Numbered from the stretch's first letter, positions 23,401 to 38,400 are shown. The stretch: 60,759 nucleotides of DNA from Malacoraja senta (GCA_038087875.1 JAXLNO010001148.1:127242-188000); one strand, 5' to 3'. Notes: generated by a model from the letters alone, not told the origin. A program made the numbers and translations.

Positions 23401-26389
23401 AGTGTAAATTGACTGTCATTTGTAGGTAAGTGTTAGAATCTGGAGAGAGATGATGGGAATTTGCAGAGAATAAGAATGAGTTGGTCCAGAGCAAGAGTTT
23501 AATTGTCATCTGTTCTGGCAATGGAATAATGAAATTCTTATACACATATTAAATATACAACAATCAATGGTACAATTAATTAATACTAGTTATACTAGGT
23601 AACCAGACCATAACAGTGGAAAAACAAAACGTCCTTACTGCAACCAAAATAAAGTCCATCACAGATCAGAGTTGTTGAGGTAAGGTTGTGGTTAGTGTTG
23701 TGCAGTGTTTAAATGTCTGCTGCTCATGAGAAAAAAGCTGCTCTTAAACCTGGAGCTAACAGTTCTCAGGCTCTCTAACCTCAGAGGCAGTTGATTGGTT
23801 CAATGGTATTTTATATGTGGCAAGTACCGAGGTACAGTGAAATTCATTATTGTATACAGTTTAGTACAAGTATCACTATATATAAGTCCTTAGATACATC
23901 TTAGATAAGCATCTCAGATACAGTACAAGTGTATAGCAGTAGTACGCTGAGACAGTATACAGTGTCGCCAGTTTATGGTGCCATATCCAAGTCCCTCAAG
24001 TTGTAAGTGAGGGTTCTTGGCCTGACCATGAGGCCCATTGTCCTGGTGTTGTTGCAGGGTTGACCTGTCCAATCGAAGCTGTGGTGTCCTCTACTGCTGC
24101 AGGGCGCAACTGGTCCATGTGCCCGGCCTCTTGGAGCAGCACCTGGAACAGCCAAGCCCCAGGCTGCTGCAGGGTCTCCAGCACCTACTCCACTGTTGAG
24201 GCAGTCCATTCCCTCCCGCAGCCTGTCTGCCTATAAGCCATCCATCTGACTCCTTCCACTCTGGGTGGGCGAGCTGGGCCTTCCAGGTGGGTCCTCCATC
24301 CACGGTCCACAGCGAGCAAGAACTCAGTCCGTGATGGATGGGCCAGATCTTCCGGGCGAATTCCTGGTCCAGGGTGGCCGGCCCTGAGAGTATGGCCAGG
24401 GTGGTGTAGGTCTCTGATGATATTAGCTGTCTTTCTGAGGCAGCACCTCCTGTAGATCAATGGTGGGATGAATAGTATGGAATGAGTGCTTCATGGTCAG
24501 TGGACTGTTGGCTGAAGGTTCTGTTTGTATGTCTCTGTGACTATATGTGTGGAGAAGGCTTCGAAAGAGTAGGTGAAGGGGGCATTCTAAATGATGGGAT
24601 GCACATATCATTGTAAACGGGGCCCTCAAAGTATTGATCTGTAAAATGCTAAATCTGCATTTTATTGCAGGGGACTAGTTTAATGGTAGACAATCCACAT
24701 AAACACTTGTTCTTGTCTATGGAGAGTTTTGCAGACTGCTCCAATTACAATAAATTAATATATAAAGAGAGTGGGGTACAAGAAGATACATTCCTTTTAT
24801 CCATAGATGCTGCCTGTTCCACTGCGTTACTCCAGTATTTTGTCTCTATCTTTGGTGTAAGCCAGCATCTGCAGTGCCTTCCTACACAGACACAAGAAGG
24901 ATCCCAACAATGGGTTCTGTTTGTATGGAGTTGATACGTTCTCCCTGTGACCGCTCGGGTTTCCTCTGGGTGCTCAGAGGGCAGTGGAGGCCGGTTCTCT
25001 GGATACTTTCAAGAGAGAGCTAGATGGGCCTCTTAAAGATAGCGGAGTCAGGGGATATGACAAGAAGGCAGGAACGGGGTACTGATTGGGGATGATCAGC
25101 CATGATCACATTGAATGGCGGTGCTGGCTCGAAGGGCCAAATGGCCTCCTCCTGCACCTATTGTCTATTCTCTATTGTCTATTGTTTCCTCCCATGTTCC
25201 AAAGACGTGTGGGTTTGTAGGTTTATTGGCCGCTGTAAATTGCCCTGAGTGTGTAGGATGTGAAACAGGGAAAACATAGAACTAGTGTATGGGTGATTGA
25301 TGGTCAGTGCAGACTCAGTGGGCAGAAAGGCCTGTTTCCATGCTGCATCTGCTAAAAAAGATTGGTGAGCATGATACCCGAATTCAAACGTCACAGAGAA
25401 ACCAACACATTTTAGTTTGTACAGACAAGAACACCCAAGAATGTTTGTATTCAAAGAGACCAACAAAGTAATAAAGGTTTGCAGGTACAAAGTCCAACAG
25501 TGAGCATTGCTTAATCTAATCTTATACTTAGAACATTGTAGACGTAGGGCATTCAGCACAGGGAGGCTGACCCATTAATAATAATAATAATACATTTTAT
25601 TTATAGGCGCCTTTCAAGAGTCTCAAGGACACCTTACAGTATTTAACAAGTAAAAAAACATATAATCGGAGTAAAATAAATAGTAAAGACATCACAAATA
25701 GACAAATTAAAGACAGAATTCGATCCAAAAAACAAACAAAATCAGAAACACAATGTAAAGAGAGAGCAGCGGCAGCTAAACCGCGCCAGCGTACACTCTC
25801 CCTTCCAGCAAAATCCCATTGAGGGGGACGAGAACAAATGGGGTAATGTAGGGATGGGGGCGCCACCAAGAATGAAGGGGGAACTGGTGGGGATGGGGTC
25901 TGCTGCCATTTGCGGCAACAGGCAGTGGATAGGACTGTTCGGTACTTTTGTAACTTTGTCTGCGCCAACACATGGCGACACTTTTGTACTGCCTAGGTTC
26001 AGTTTAGTTTATTGTCACGTGTACCGAGGTACAGTGAAAAGCTTTTTGTTGCTTACTAACCAGTCAGTAGAAAGACAATACATGATTACAATCAATGCAT
26101 TTACAATGTAGAGACACATGATAAAGGAATAATGTTTAGTGCAAGGTGAAGCCAGCAAAGTCCGGTCAAGGATAGACCGAGGTTGTATGGAAAACAAAGC
26201 ATTTCACTATACACAGATACCTTGGGTACATGTGACAATAGAGTATCATTCAATCATTCTTTCATTCATCAGTCCTATTCCTCACAATTTATTTTCCATA
26301 TAACACAGGCACCCATGGCCGCCAATGCTCCTTTGATTTTCTTTGCCATTTACGTGTGTTGATCTGGCTAATGGGTTTTGTGAAGTACA

Positions 26390-26700
26390 GCACAGTGGTG
26401 CAATGGTAGAGAGTTGCTGCCTCATAGCGCCAGAGACACAGGTTCAATCCTGACTTCAGGTCTGTCTATGTGGAGTTTGCACATTTTCACTGTGACCGAG
26501 TGGGTTTCCTCCAGGTGTTCCGGTTTCCTCCCACAACCCAAAGGCATGCAGGTTTGTAGGTTAATTGGCCTATGTAAATTGCCCCTAGTGTGTAAAGAGT
26601 GGACGAGAAAGTGGAATAACTAGAGTAAATGGTAGATCAATGGTCAGCATGGACACAGTGGGCCGAAGGGCCTGTTTCCGCTGTAACTCTAAACTAACCA
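26390..26700 (+). mobile_element. tRNA-derived SINE
   Basis: A-box TGGTGCAATGG, B-box GGTTCAATCC, core and tail. Confidence 0.8.
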
Positions 26701-27639
26701 TAAAAACCACTAAAATTACTGATTTATTGCAAGTAGCTAGATTCAAAACTATTTAAACTACTGAAGACGGGTCCTGACTCAAAACATTACCTGTCCATTC
26801 CAGCCACAGATGCTGCCTGACTCACTGAGTTCCTCCAGTATTTCATTGCTCAAGATTCCAACATGTCTCGATATTAACTACTTGTTTGAATAACACTGTT
26901 GTTTTGGTATTTTTATGATATTTTTACGGTAGAATTGCATGCTGAAATGTTCATACCTTGAACATAGTTGAAAAGGATAGTAATTCATTAATGCATGCAG
27001 GAATATTATTATTAAAATTGACTTTAGTAAAATACCAAAAACACTGGCAATATGCAGTAGGTCAGGCCACATCTGTGGGCAGGAAAGCAGAGCTAATGTT
27101 TCAGGCCAGAGACCCTTCAGGACTGGGAAGGAGGAGAAAGGAGGAACTGAAGATGATGGTTAACAAAATAAGACACAGTGTTGGAATAACTCAGTGGGAC
27201 AGGCAGCATTACTGGAGAGCGTTGGATGCTAAGGGTTTGGGTCTGGACCATTCTTCAAACTGATTGTAAGGGTAAATAAAGCTAGAAGAGAGGAGGGGCA
27301 GAACAAAGTATGGCAGATGATAGGTGATAAATACCAAAATGAGAGAGCAGTCCTGAACTACTATCTGCCTCATTGGTGACCCTCGGACTTTCTTTGATCG
27401 GACTTTACTGGCTTTACCTTGCACTAAATGTTATTCCCTCATCATGTATCTCTACACTGTAAATGGTTAGTTTGTAATCATGTATTGTCTTTACGCTGAC
27501 TGGTTAGCAGGCAACAAAAGCTTTTCACTGTACCTCGGTACACGTGACAATAAACTAATCTAAAATGTTGCAGAGAGGATTTTCCGACAGGCAAATGATT
27601 GGACAAAGGCCAGAGATGAAAAGACAAAAGGAATTAAAG

Positions 27640-28800
27640 AATGGTGAATTGTGAGAATAGAGGAATGTGAAGGTGACGGGGGAGGGCAGAAATAGATGCA
27701 AGTCCAGATGGGGCACAGGGGAGGGGAAGAAATGGGGGGGTTAGGTTACCTAAAATTCTCATCACTTCCCACCCAAACCATCGCATCCCAGGTAATCTCC
27801 CCTGCAACTGCGGATGTAACATCTGTTCCTGTACCTCCTCTGTGGTCTGCCTCGAGGGACCATAGCAGTCCTTCTAGGTGAGACAAGAGGTTCATGTACA
27901 CCTTCTCTAAACTGATCTATTGCATCCGGTGTTCCCAATGTGGCCTCCTGTATATCGACGAGACGAAGCATTGACTCCACGACCATTTCGCCAAAAATAT
28001 GCACTGGATCTGCCATGGACTTCAACACTGGATCTCCTGGTTGCTAACCATTTGAACTTCCTTTCCCATTGCCATATTGACCTTTCTGTCTTGGGCCTCC
28101 TCCATTGCCAGTGTGAGGTCACATGCAAACAGCCCCTAATATTCTTCTTGGGTAGCTTTCAACCTGATGGTGTGAATATTGAACTCGCCAATTTTAGGAA
28201 ACCTAAGCCCTACTCTCCTCCTCCTCCCCTTTCTCCCCCACACCCATATTTCTCCCCATATTTCTCCCCACCGTTGCCCCCTCCCCTGTAGCCCACCTGG
28301 ACTTGCACCTATTTCCCTCCTCTCCCCCTTCCTTCTAAATTTGCCATTTGCAACTTTTCAATTATTTTGTTGCGCACCTTCTATATTTTTATCTCTGGCC
28401 CTTGTCCAATAATCTCCCTATCAGCTCCCCCCATTACCGCCTCCTCACCTATGTTCACCTATTACCTGCCCCGCCTTTCATCCAGTTTCCTTCATCTCCC
28501 CCTCCCCCTCTACAATGCCCATACCACCCCCCCCCCCAACCTCCCACAATTAGTCTGAAGGATCCTGTTCCACAACACCACATATCCATGTTTTCCAATG
28601 ATACTGCCTGACCCGTCGAGTTGTCCCAGCACTTTGTGTCTTTCTAGGAGAAAAAAAAGAAGCATGTTAAGCTGCAGGAATTGTGGGGGAGGGAGAATGT
28701 CTTTCAATGATAGACACAGAAAGCTGGACAGGCAGCATCTCTGGAGAGAAGGAATGGGTGACGTTTTGGGTCGAGACCCCTTTTCAGACTTTCCAAGCCT
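27640..28800. mobile_element. Degenerate PLE 3' fragment (GIY-YIG) with pLTRs
   Basis: LIYCIRCSQCGLLYIDETK motif near 27915-27970 on the + strand, followed by degenerate pLTR copies. Confidence 0.7.
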
Positions 28801-29439
28801 TATCTGGTAGAATTTAATGAGATAGACATCTGTTTGTGGTCGAATGCATTATCTGAAAGCTGAATGTAAATTGTACTGTTAAGGCTTTACAATACGTCAT
28901 TGGTTAAAATGTGCATGGATTGAGCATATGGGCTTAATTGTCCTCCTTTGAAAGGAAGCTCACAGCATGTCTCAATTGCATGTCAACCTAGTATCATAAA
29001 AACAACTGCTGTAGGAACTCGGGTGGTAGAGGAATATCTTTGTAAGAAGGAACTGCAGATGCTGGTTTACACCGAAGATAGAAACAAAATGCTGGAGTAA
29101 CTCAGTGGGTCATGCAGCATTTCTGGCAAAAAGAAATAGGTGACATTTCAGGTTGAGACCCTTCCTCACATCTTCAAGAGTCAAGAGTATTTTATTGTCA
29201 TATGTCCCAGATAGGACAATGAAATTCTTACTTGCTGCACAACAGAAGGGAATGTAATTTGGAGGGAATTAAATTTTTCACAATGATTTTTAACTGGTAT
29301 AGTAAGTCACTTCTATTATTCATAAACCATTGTAGTAATATTTTCATAACAATATTTGAAATGGCATAAGACCAAGACTGCATGAGAAGTCATCTTCTGA
29401 TACAGTTTAGGATTTGGCAGGAAATGCTAAAAATATGGT

Positions 29440-29702
29440 TCAGCACGGTGGTTTTACAGCGCAAGGACCCGGGTTTGATCCTGACTACGGTTTCTGTCTG
29501 CATGGAGTTTGTACGTGCTTCCCATGACAGGCGCAGGTTTCCTCCGGGTGCTCCGGATTCCTCCCACATTCCAATGACATACCAATTGGCTTAGTAAAAT
29601 TCTAAATTGTCCCAAGTGATAGTGTGCGGGGATTGCTGGTCGGCGAGGATTCAGTGGGCTGAAGGACAGGTTTCTGCACTGTATCTCTAAATTAAACTAA
29701 AT
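29440..29702 (+). mobile_element. tRNA-derived SINE
   Basis: B-box gggtttgatcc, family core, tail actgtatctctaaattaaactaaa. Confidence 0.75.
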
Positions 29703-31097
29703 ACCCAGAAAGCAAGGAAAAGTTCAAACTTAAGGAGAGGAAATCTGAATTCACATTCTAGACCTTCATCATTTAATTTGGCAACTAAAATGTTGCAACT
29801 CTATTTACTTCCACAGATGCTGTTGGATCATTTCCAACATGTTATATTTCTGTGTCAAGTTTATAGCACCATGTCATTATTTTACCTTATTTTCCACTGA
29901 AAATGGAAAGGTTGTTTGGTAGTTTTGTAATGTAATCATACCCTAGAACATGGGTCTTTTGCTGATTAATATTGAAAGTCGAGTCCAGCAATACATTCCT
30001 CAGGGCTAGAGCAATTGTGCTCTTGACCTGCTGTGAATATATCAGAGAGAAGAGTAAGGATGTGTAAAAGTGTAGTTATGCCGGCTGAAGTATGTACATT
30101 TTTGAGATGGTAGAGAAAATGGGAAGATGAATCACTTCTGTTCAGAAGATATTTAACAAGGTTACACTTAAAGTGTTTATAAACATTTGTGAGGTAGGAT
30201 CAGGTTATTTGACTGGAAGGTAATTTTCCCCAAGTGAATGTGGGTGATGGGAAAATTGAGAGAGGAAATTAATTGGAATGTGAGATTTACATGGAAACAT
30301 AGAAAATACTGTAGGTGCAGGAGTAGGCATGTAAGCCAGACCCGTTTAACCCCCTGGAGATGGTCTGTAGTGATACCTTCTAACGAGGTTTTATGTAACT
30401 GACAATATTGCTAGTTCAGAGTCTATAAGGCTCTTAGGGACCTTAACATTCTGGTGTAGATGTGTGACCCCACACAACCCAAGGTCCATGGGATATGCAA
30501 ACATCTAGTTTGACCTTATGCCCCTGGTCTACTCTGCTTGACTAAGTCATAAACATAAAACCTTATTATTGCCCGCAGATCTTCCTATCCAGTGTTAACT
30601 TATGCAATGACTGGACCCGTTGCGCTGAACTCAGCGCCATGAGCATAATCACGAGTAAGTGAGTTTGACCAAGGACAGGGATGTAGCTGGAGCCCACCGG
30701 CGAATTGACGTAGCACAATGTTAACAACCCATATCTCCACGTCCCTAGGCCTGGGAGGTTATGAGTTGAAGATACCCTTCATAATCTAGATGTCAGAGGG
30801 TGAAGACCGCGCCAGCACGCATGCTGATCATCCAAAATCAGTACCCGTTCCTGCTTTTTACCCATATCCTTGATTCCATTAGCCCTAAGAGCTAAATCTA
30901 ACTCTATCTTGAAAACATCCAGTGAATTGGTCTCCACTGCCTTCTGTGGCAAAGAATACCACAGATATACAACTCTCTGGGTGAAAACGTTTTTCCTTAT
31001 CTCATTCCTAAATGGCCTACCCCTTATTTTTAAACTATGACGCATGTTTCTGTGTTCGATGACTTTATTCTTGTCAGTGATTTGGTACACACGTTAA

Positions 31098-31405
31098 TAG
31101 TTTAGTTTAGAGATATAGAGCAGAAACAGGCCCTTTGGCCCATCGAGTCTGCACCGGCCAGCGATTCACGCACCTTAACGCTACCCTACACACAAACTTG
31201 GGACAATTTAATATTTACACCAAGCCCATTACCTATAAACATGTACGTCTTTGTACGTGGGAGGAAATCGATGGTCTTGGAGAAAACCCATGCAGGTCAC
31301 AGGGAGAACGTACAAACTCCATACAGACAGCACCTATAGACAGGATCGAACCCGGGTCTCTGGCACTGTGAGGCAGTCACTCTACCTCTACTGCACCGTG
31401 CCACC
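31098..31405 (-). mobile_element. tRNA-derived SINE
   Basis: Antisense full-length family copy. Confidence 0.8.
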
Positions 31406-31429
31406 CATAATAGTGCTGCCCAAAAGTCA

Positions 31430-32345
31430 AGAGAGTTTTATTGTCATGTGTCCCAGATAGGACAATGAATTCTTGCCTGCTGCAGCACAACAGAATATGT
31501 AAACATAACACAGAGATAAACGTTCAGTGTGTCTATATACCATAGACCATATATATACACAATAAATAAACAGATAAAGTGCAATAGGCTGTTATTGTTC
31601 AGAGTTTGTTTGATGTCGTGTTTAATAGCCTGATGGCTGTGGGGAAGAAGCTGTTCTTGAACGTGGATGTTCCAGATTTCAAGCTCCTGCAGCTTCTTCC
31701 CGATGGCAATGGAGAGATGAGTGTGTGGCCAGGATGGTGTGGGTCGTTGATGATGTTGGCCGCCATTTTGAGGTAGCGACTGCGATGGATCCCTTCGATG
31801 CTGGGGAGGTCAGAGCCGAAGATGGACTGGGCAGTGTTTACAACTTTCTTCATTCTTTTCCGCTCCTGGACGTTCAAGTTGCCGAACCAAGCCACGATGC
31901 AACCAGTCAGTTTGCTCTCTACTGTGCACGTGTAGAAGTTCGAGAGAGTCCTCCATGACATACCAACTCTCCGTAATCTTCTCAGGAAGTAGAGGCGCTG
32001 ATGTGCCTTCTTTATAATTGCATCAGTGTGCTGGGACCTGGAAAGATCTTTGGAAATATGCACCCTCAGGAATTTGAAGTTCTTGACCCTTTCCACCATA
32101 TAAATTTGATATAAATGGGGTTGTGAGTCCCTATCCTACCCCTTCCAAAGTCCACAATCAGTTCCTTGGTTTTACTGGTGTTGTGGGCCAGGTTATTGTG
32201 CTCGTACCATTTGGTCAATCGGTCGATCTCACTAATATACTCTGACTCAACACCATCAGTGATTCGTCGCACAACAGTGGTGTCGTCGGCGAACTTGATG
32301 ATGGAGTTCGGACTTCGTCTGGCTACGCAGTCATGAGTGAGTACA
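31430..32345 (-). mobile_element. Rex1/Babar-type LINE 3' fragment
   Basis: SIIKFADDTTVV, KTKELIVDF, VERVKNFKFL, KKAHQRLYFLRRL, FKNSFFPTAIRLLN. One frameshift. Confidence 0.85.
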
Positions 32346-32714
32346 GTAGAACAGTTTTCTTGTTTTTCAATCATCAATTTTCTCACTAGAATGGGCCATA
32401 AAAAAGTACTTCCTGTGGAAAAAGTTCAGTAACTTGGGGGAAAAAAAGATTTAAACTAATTGGTCAACTAAATTGTAAAAGACTATGTGAAAAGAATACA
32501 AATGTGATCTATGAACTAGTTCAAAGAACTGCCTTGCATCGGGCACCATCCACTGAATGCTGCCGAGTGGTGTATTGTGGAATACTTTGTAGGATTGCAT
32601 GGAATAAAAATATACATCAATCATAATTAATTTAAATGGCACACAGGATGACAGGTTTTATTTACACTCTATTTGGAGACACAGAACAATGCTGCACAAG
32701 GCAGGATGTACAGG

Positions 32715-33145
32715 AAGGAACTGCTGATGCTGGTTAAAACCGAAGATAGACACAAAAAGCTGGAGTAACTTTGTGGGACAGGCAGCATCTCTGGAGAAAA
32801 GGAATGGGTGATGTTTCGGGCCGAGATCCTTCTTCAGACCCTTTGTCTCCTTTTCACCTCTAGCCGTTGCCACTTACTCCACCCGTCTACTTATCAAAAT
32901 CTGTTCTCTAGTCGCACCAGCTTCTCGTTTTCACCCAACAAATAAATAACAATGGCCTGTTTCCTTTATCATCATTACTTTTTTGCATATCTTTCATTCA
33001 TTGTTCTTTATCTTTCAACATCATTGTCTATATCTCTTGTTTCCCTTATCCCCAACTAGTCTGAAGAAGAATCTCGACCTAAAAAGGCACCCATTCCTTC
33101 TCTCCAGAGATGTTGCCTGGCCCGCTGAGTTACTCCAGCATTTTA
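32715..33145. repeat. Inverted PLE pLTR pair with spacer
   Basis: Antisense arm 32715-32840 and sense arm 33060-33145. Confidence 0.7.
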
Positions 33146-33649
33146 TGTCTTCTCACCTGTATCGCTTGCCAGGCTTTGTCCCAGCCCCACCTCTCTTTTT
33201 CAGCTTTCTATTACAATCAGTCTGAAGAAGTGTCTGACCCAAAACATCATCTGTCCATTCCAGATTGCAGGACTACGTGCTGAGGGACTCACTGGAGCTT
33301 GTTGCAGCCAACACCAAGGCTCAGTGGAGGTCTACAGTCTACGGTCCTTCGTGGTAATACATTGGGGGGCTGCAACTGGTGAAGACGCTCCTCAAACAAG
33401 TGAAGGGCTATTAACCCAGGAGGGCTATACGAGTGGCAAGGGTGCTTGATATAAGGATAGTTTGTGAACACAACCAAAAATAACCGTAATTAATCCATGT
33501 GTGGACACTGAGAATGGCAGAAACGTTTTTTTGCCCTGTTCTTATTTTGTATATATTTAATTATTCTGAATAATGTTTATCCTTGGTGGGGAAAAAATCC
33601 CTCCAGATATTACCTGACCTGCTGAGTCCCTGCAGCCCTTTGTGTTTTG

Positions 33650-34870
33650 CAGTGGATAGTATATATGACGTGGATGTGAATATTGGTGGTTTGATTAGTA
33701 GGTTTACAGATGACATGTACATTGAAGAAGGTTGTCTATGGATCCAGTGGGATACAGATTAGCTAGAGAGCTGGATGGAGCAATAGCAGAAGGAATGTAA
33801 TCCAGACATGTGTGAAGTTGTGCGTGTCGGGATGTCATGTTCTGGTAGGACATAAACGGTAAGAACCTGAGGGGTGTTAATATACAGCGAGTCCTTGGGT
33901 TGCAAGTTCATTGATACGTGAAAATGCCGACAAGGGTAGACAGAAAAGCAAAAAATGCACTTTGGCATGTTTGTCCACTTAGACATAGAAACATATAAAA
34001 TTGGTGCAGGAGTAGGCCATTTGGCCCTTCAAGCCAGCACCACCATTCAATATGGTCATGGGTGATCAACCAGAATCAGTACCCTTTTCCTGCTTTCTCC
34101 CCAATCCCTTGATTTCGTTAACCCTAAGAGCTAACTCTCTCTTGAATACATTCAGTGAATTGGTCTCCGCTGCCTTCTGTGGCAGAGAATTCCACAGATT
34201 CACAACACTCTGGGTGAAAAGGTTTTCCCCATCTCAATCCTAAATGGCCTACCCCTTATTCATAAACTGTGACCCCTGGTTCTGGACTCCCCCAACATTG
34301 AGAATATTTTTCCTGCATCTAGTCTGTCAAATCCCTTATTAGTATTCTATTTCTATCAGATCCCCTCTCATCCTTCTGAATTCCAGTGAATATAATCCCA
34401 GTCGATTCATTCTTTTATTATATGACAGTCCCCCCATCCCAGGAATTAACCTGGTGAACTTTGCTGCACTCCTTCAATAGCAAGAATGTCCTTCTTCAAA
34501 CTAGTCGACCAAGACTGCACAAAATACTCCAGGTGCAGTCTCACCAGGGCCCTGTATAACTGAATAGACTCTGGCATCAAGTATAAGAGTTGAGAAATCA
34601 AACAAAACATTGGTTAGGCTGCACATGGAGTATTGTGTAGATTTCTGGTCGCTCCACTACTAACGTTACTGTGTGGGGATCACTGGTTGGCGTGGGCCAA
34701 AGGGCCTGTTTCTGCAATGTATCTCTAAACTAAAAATGATGTGATGGCATCAAAAGTAGTGCAGAAGGGTTTTGCCAGGTTGTTGCCTGGAATAGAGGTC
34801 TGGTGTTATGTGAAGAGATTGGATAGGCTGCATTTATTCTCACTAGGATGCAGGAGTTAAATAATGAGGG
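33650..34870. mobile_element. CR1 fragments in mixed orientation
   Basis: RFTDDMY-type RT motif (+) near 33700, an antisense CR1 3' end at ~34000-34560, then a sense CR1 continuation. Confidence 0.65.
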
Positions 34871-35330
34871 CTATAGATAGTGTCAGAAGGGTCTGCAGAT
34901 GCAGGTTTAAACTGAAGAAAGACACAAAAAGCTGGAGTAACTCAGTGGGACACGCAGCATCATTGGAGAGAAGGAATGGGTGATATTTCGGGTCGAGACC
35001 TTTTTGGGTCGAAACCCTTCTTCAGGAAGGATCTACAGATGCTGATTTACACCGAAGACAGACATAAAATGCTGGAGTAACTCAGTGGGACAGGCAGTAT
35101 CACTGGAGAGAAGGAATGGGTGACATTTCGGGTCGACATCCTTCTTCAGGAAGGATTAACAGATGTTGGTTTACACCGAAGACAGACATAAAATGCTGGA
35201 GTAACTCAGCAGGACAGGCAGCATCTTTGGAGGGAAGGAATGAGTGACGTTTCTAAACATCATCCATTCCTTCTCTCCATAAATACTGCCTGCCCTGCTG
35301 AGTTACTCCAGCATTTTGTGTCTATCTTTG
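34870..35330. repeat. Three tandem PLE pLTR units plus one inverted arm
   Basis: The ~120-160-bp unit gcagatg..ggttta.ac.gaaga.agaca.aaaa.gctggagtaactcag..gaaggaatgggtga repeats at ~34897, ~35036 and ~35160. Inverted arm 35250-35330. Confidence 0.8.
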
Positions 35331-35402
35331 GGGTATAGATAGGATAGAGAGTAACTGTCTCTTTCCTGGGGCAGTAGAGACTAGAACTGGAGGTTTAAGG
35401 TG

Positions 35403-38400
35403 ATGGGAGGGAGATATCTTATAGTAGCAGGGGAGATCAATAATATGCCAATTACGCTGGTAAACATATATGCGCCCAACTTTGATAACCCTCAATTTTT
35501 TAATAAAATTCTGAATATAATTGCAGAATCTAATTATCAAAATGTTATAATCGGAGGAGATTTTAATTGTGTTTTAGATCCTTATTTAGATAAATCGATG
35601 CAAAAACAAAAAGGTCAGACGAAATCTAAAACCAGTGAACTCTTACACACATATATGGAAAACACAAATATAACAGATGTATGGAGGATTGCAAACCCGA
35701 CGGGAAGGGATTACTCATTTTATTCAATGGTGCATAAAACATATTCACGGATAGACTATTTTCTTGTGGATACAAAATTAATTCCGCAATCTCTGAATCC
35801 TAAATATCATATTAATGCGATCTCAGATCATTCTCCGTTAACTTTTGTTCTAAAACTAGAAGGAATGTCTATGAATAAACCGTTCTGGAGGTTTAACTCA
35901 CAAATTTTAAAAGACCCTCAAGGGAGTATCTATCTAAAAAAACAGATGGATCTATTTTTTGAGTTAAATGATACACCAGAGATATCCCCCACGTTATTAT
36001 GGGAATCCTTCAAAGCATTTATAAGAGGAGTCATTATTTCATTTCAAGCTTATCAAAATAAAAAGAATAAGAATGAACAAAGACACTTAGAAGATCAAAT
36101 AAAACAGTTAGATATAGATAATGCTAAAGACCCAACTATGGATAAACATAATAAAATACTACTACTGAAATTTCAGTTAAATAAATTACTGTCAGAGAAA
36201 GTTATAACATTATTTCAAATCACAAAACAAGAACACTTCGAATTCGGGGACAAACCCCACAAACTTCTAGCACGACAACTTAAAAAACGGGAAAAAGAGA
36301 ATGCAATATTAAAGATTAAATCAGATAGAGGGGAAGTATTAACACTACCCAAGGATATTAATAAAAGATTTGCTCAATTTTACCAGAATCTATACACATC
36401 TAAAACGTCAATAGACAATAATAAAATCTCAGAATTTTTAGATAATTGTAATCTACCACAATTAGAACGCAGGGAACAAGAGGAACTGGGAGCACAAATT
36501 ACTTCTAAGGAGATAGAAGACACAATAAAAACACTAAAAAATGGAAAAACACCAGGACCAGACGGATTCAGTAATGAATTTTATAAATCTTTTTATGATA
36601 TAGTTACTCCACGATTACAAAAAATGTATACATATGCTTATAAAGAGCAAAACCTACCTGAAACACTAGCGGAATCAACGATCATATTAATACTTAAAAA
36701 AGATAAAAATATAGAAGAACCAGGATCATATAGAGCTATTGCTTTGTTAAATACGGATCAGAAAATAATAGCAAAAACATTAGCCAATAGATTAAGCAAG
36801 TATGTTAGTAGACTAATACATGAGGATCAAACAGGATTTATACCTAAGAGACACTCATTTAATAATTTGAGACGTTTGCTTAACATAATGCATTCACATA
36901 AATCTTATGACCAAGAGTTAGCTATCATCTCACTGGACGCAGAAAAAGCGTTTGATCAAGTAGAATGGGACTATATGATCAAAGTATTGCAAAAATTCCA
37001 ATTGGGAGAAAATTTTATTGCATGGATAAAACTACTATATAACAAACCTACGGCTAGAATACTAACTAATAATATATTATCTTCAAAATTCGAATTATCT
37101 AGGGGCAACAGACAAGGATGTTCACTATCACCGCTGTTATTTGCTTTGGTAATTGAACCCCTTGCTGAAAAAATAAGAACACACTCGAATATTCACGGTT
37201 ATAACACAAAATATTCAAACAACAAACTATCCCTATATGCTGATGATGTACTACTGTACATCACAAAACCACAAATTAGTATACCAAATATATTAAACTT
37301 AATTGAGGACTTTGGATCCTTTTCAGGATATAGAATAAATTGGAACAAAAGTGAAATTATGTCGATTAAACCAAAAGACTCAACACATCTCAGGAAATTC
37401 CCTTTTAAAATAGCTATGGAAAAATTCAAATATTTAGGAATTGAGATTACTAGAAATTACCATGATATGTTTAAAGCTAATTATAATCCCTTACTTAAGA
37501 AATTAAATAATTTGATTAAATTTTGGAAAACACTTCCGATGTCCTTAATAGGTAGGATAAATGCTATAAAAATGATTTTCTTACCACAAATCCTTTACCT
37601 ATTTCAATCAATACCTATATATCTCCCAAAAAAGTTTTTCAAAAAACTGGACTCAGACATTACAAATTTTATATGGGATTACAAATCCCACAGAATACAA
37701 AGAACACACCTTAACAAACGAAAAGAGTTGGGGGGTCTAGCGCTCCCTAACTTTATGTATTATAACTGGGCAGTAAATATTAAAAATATGATTCACCTGC
37801 TGGACAATTCTGCCCAGCAGGTGGACTGGATTATAATGGAAAAAGGGGATTGCTCCCCGAATAATATAGGAGCGATTATTCTCTCTCCAATAAATTTGAA
37901 TAATAAAAATTATAATAAAAATCCAATTATATATAGCACTATTAGAACATGGAAGCAAATAAAACAGAATCTAAAATTAAGAAACCTATCTCTCTTAATA
38001 CCAATAGTCAATAACCCATCGTCTAAACCTTCAATCATAGATAAATCATTTATACAATGGGAAAGAATGGGAATCAAAACGCTCGAAGATCTGTATGAAT
38101 TAGAAAAATTAATATCATTTCAACAACTACAACTGAAATATAATTTGAAAAATAATCAATATTTTAAATATTTACAAATCTGTGACTATTTGAAAACACA
38201 CACAAAAGATTATTATAATATGCCTTCCGACTTACTAGATGAAGCAATGAAGACAAAGGCGGAATCAGTTAATTTAATATCATACTTATATAATATCATC
38301 TTAAACATAGAAATACCCACAACAGATGGAATTAGAAGAGATTGGGAACAAGATTTAGGTATAAAAATTTCAAAAGAGAGTTGGGATAATCATTTATTAC

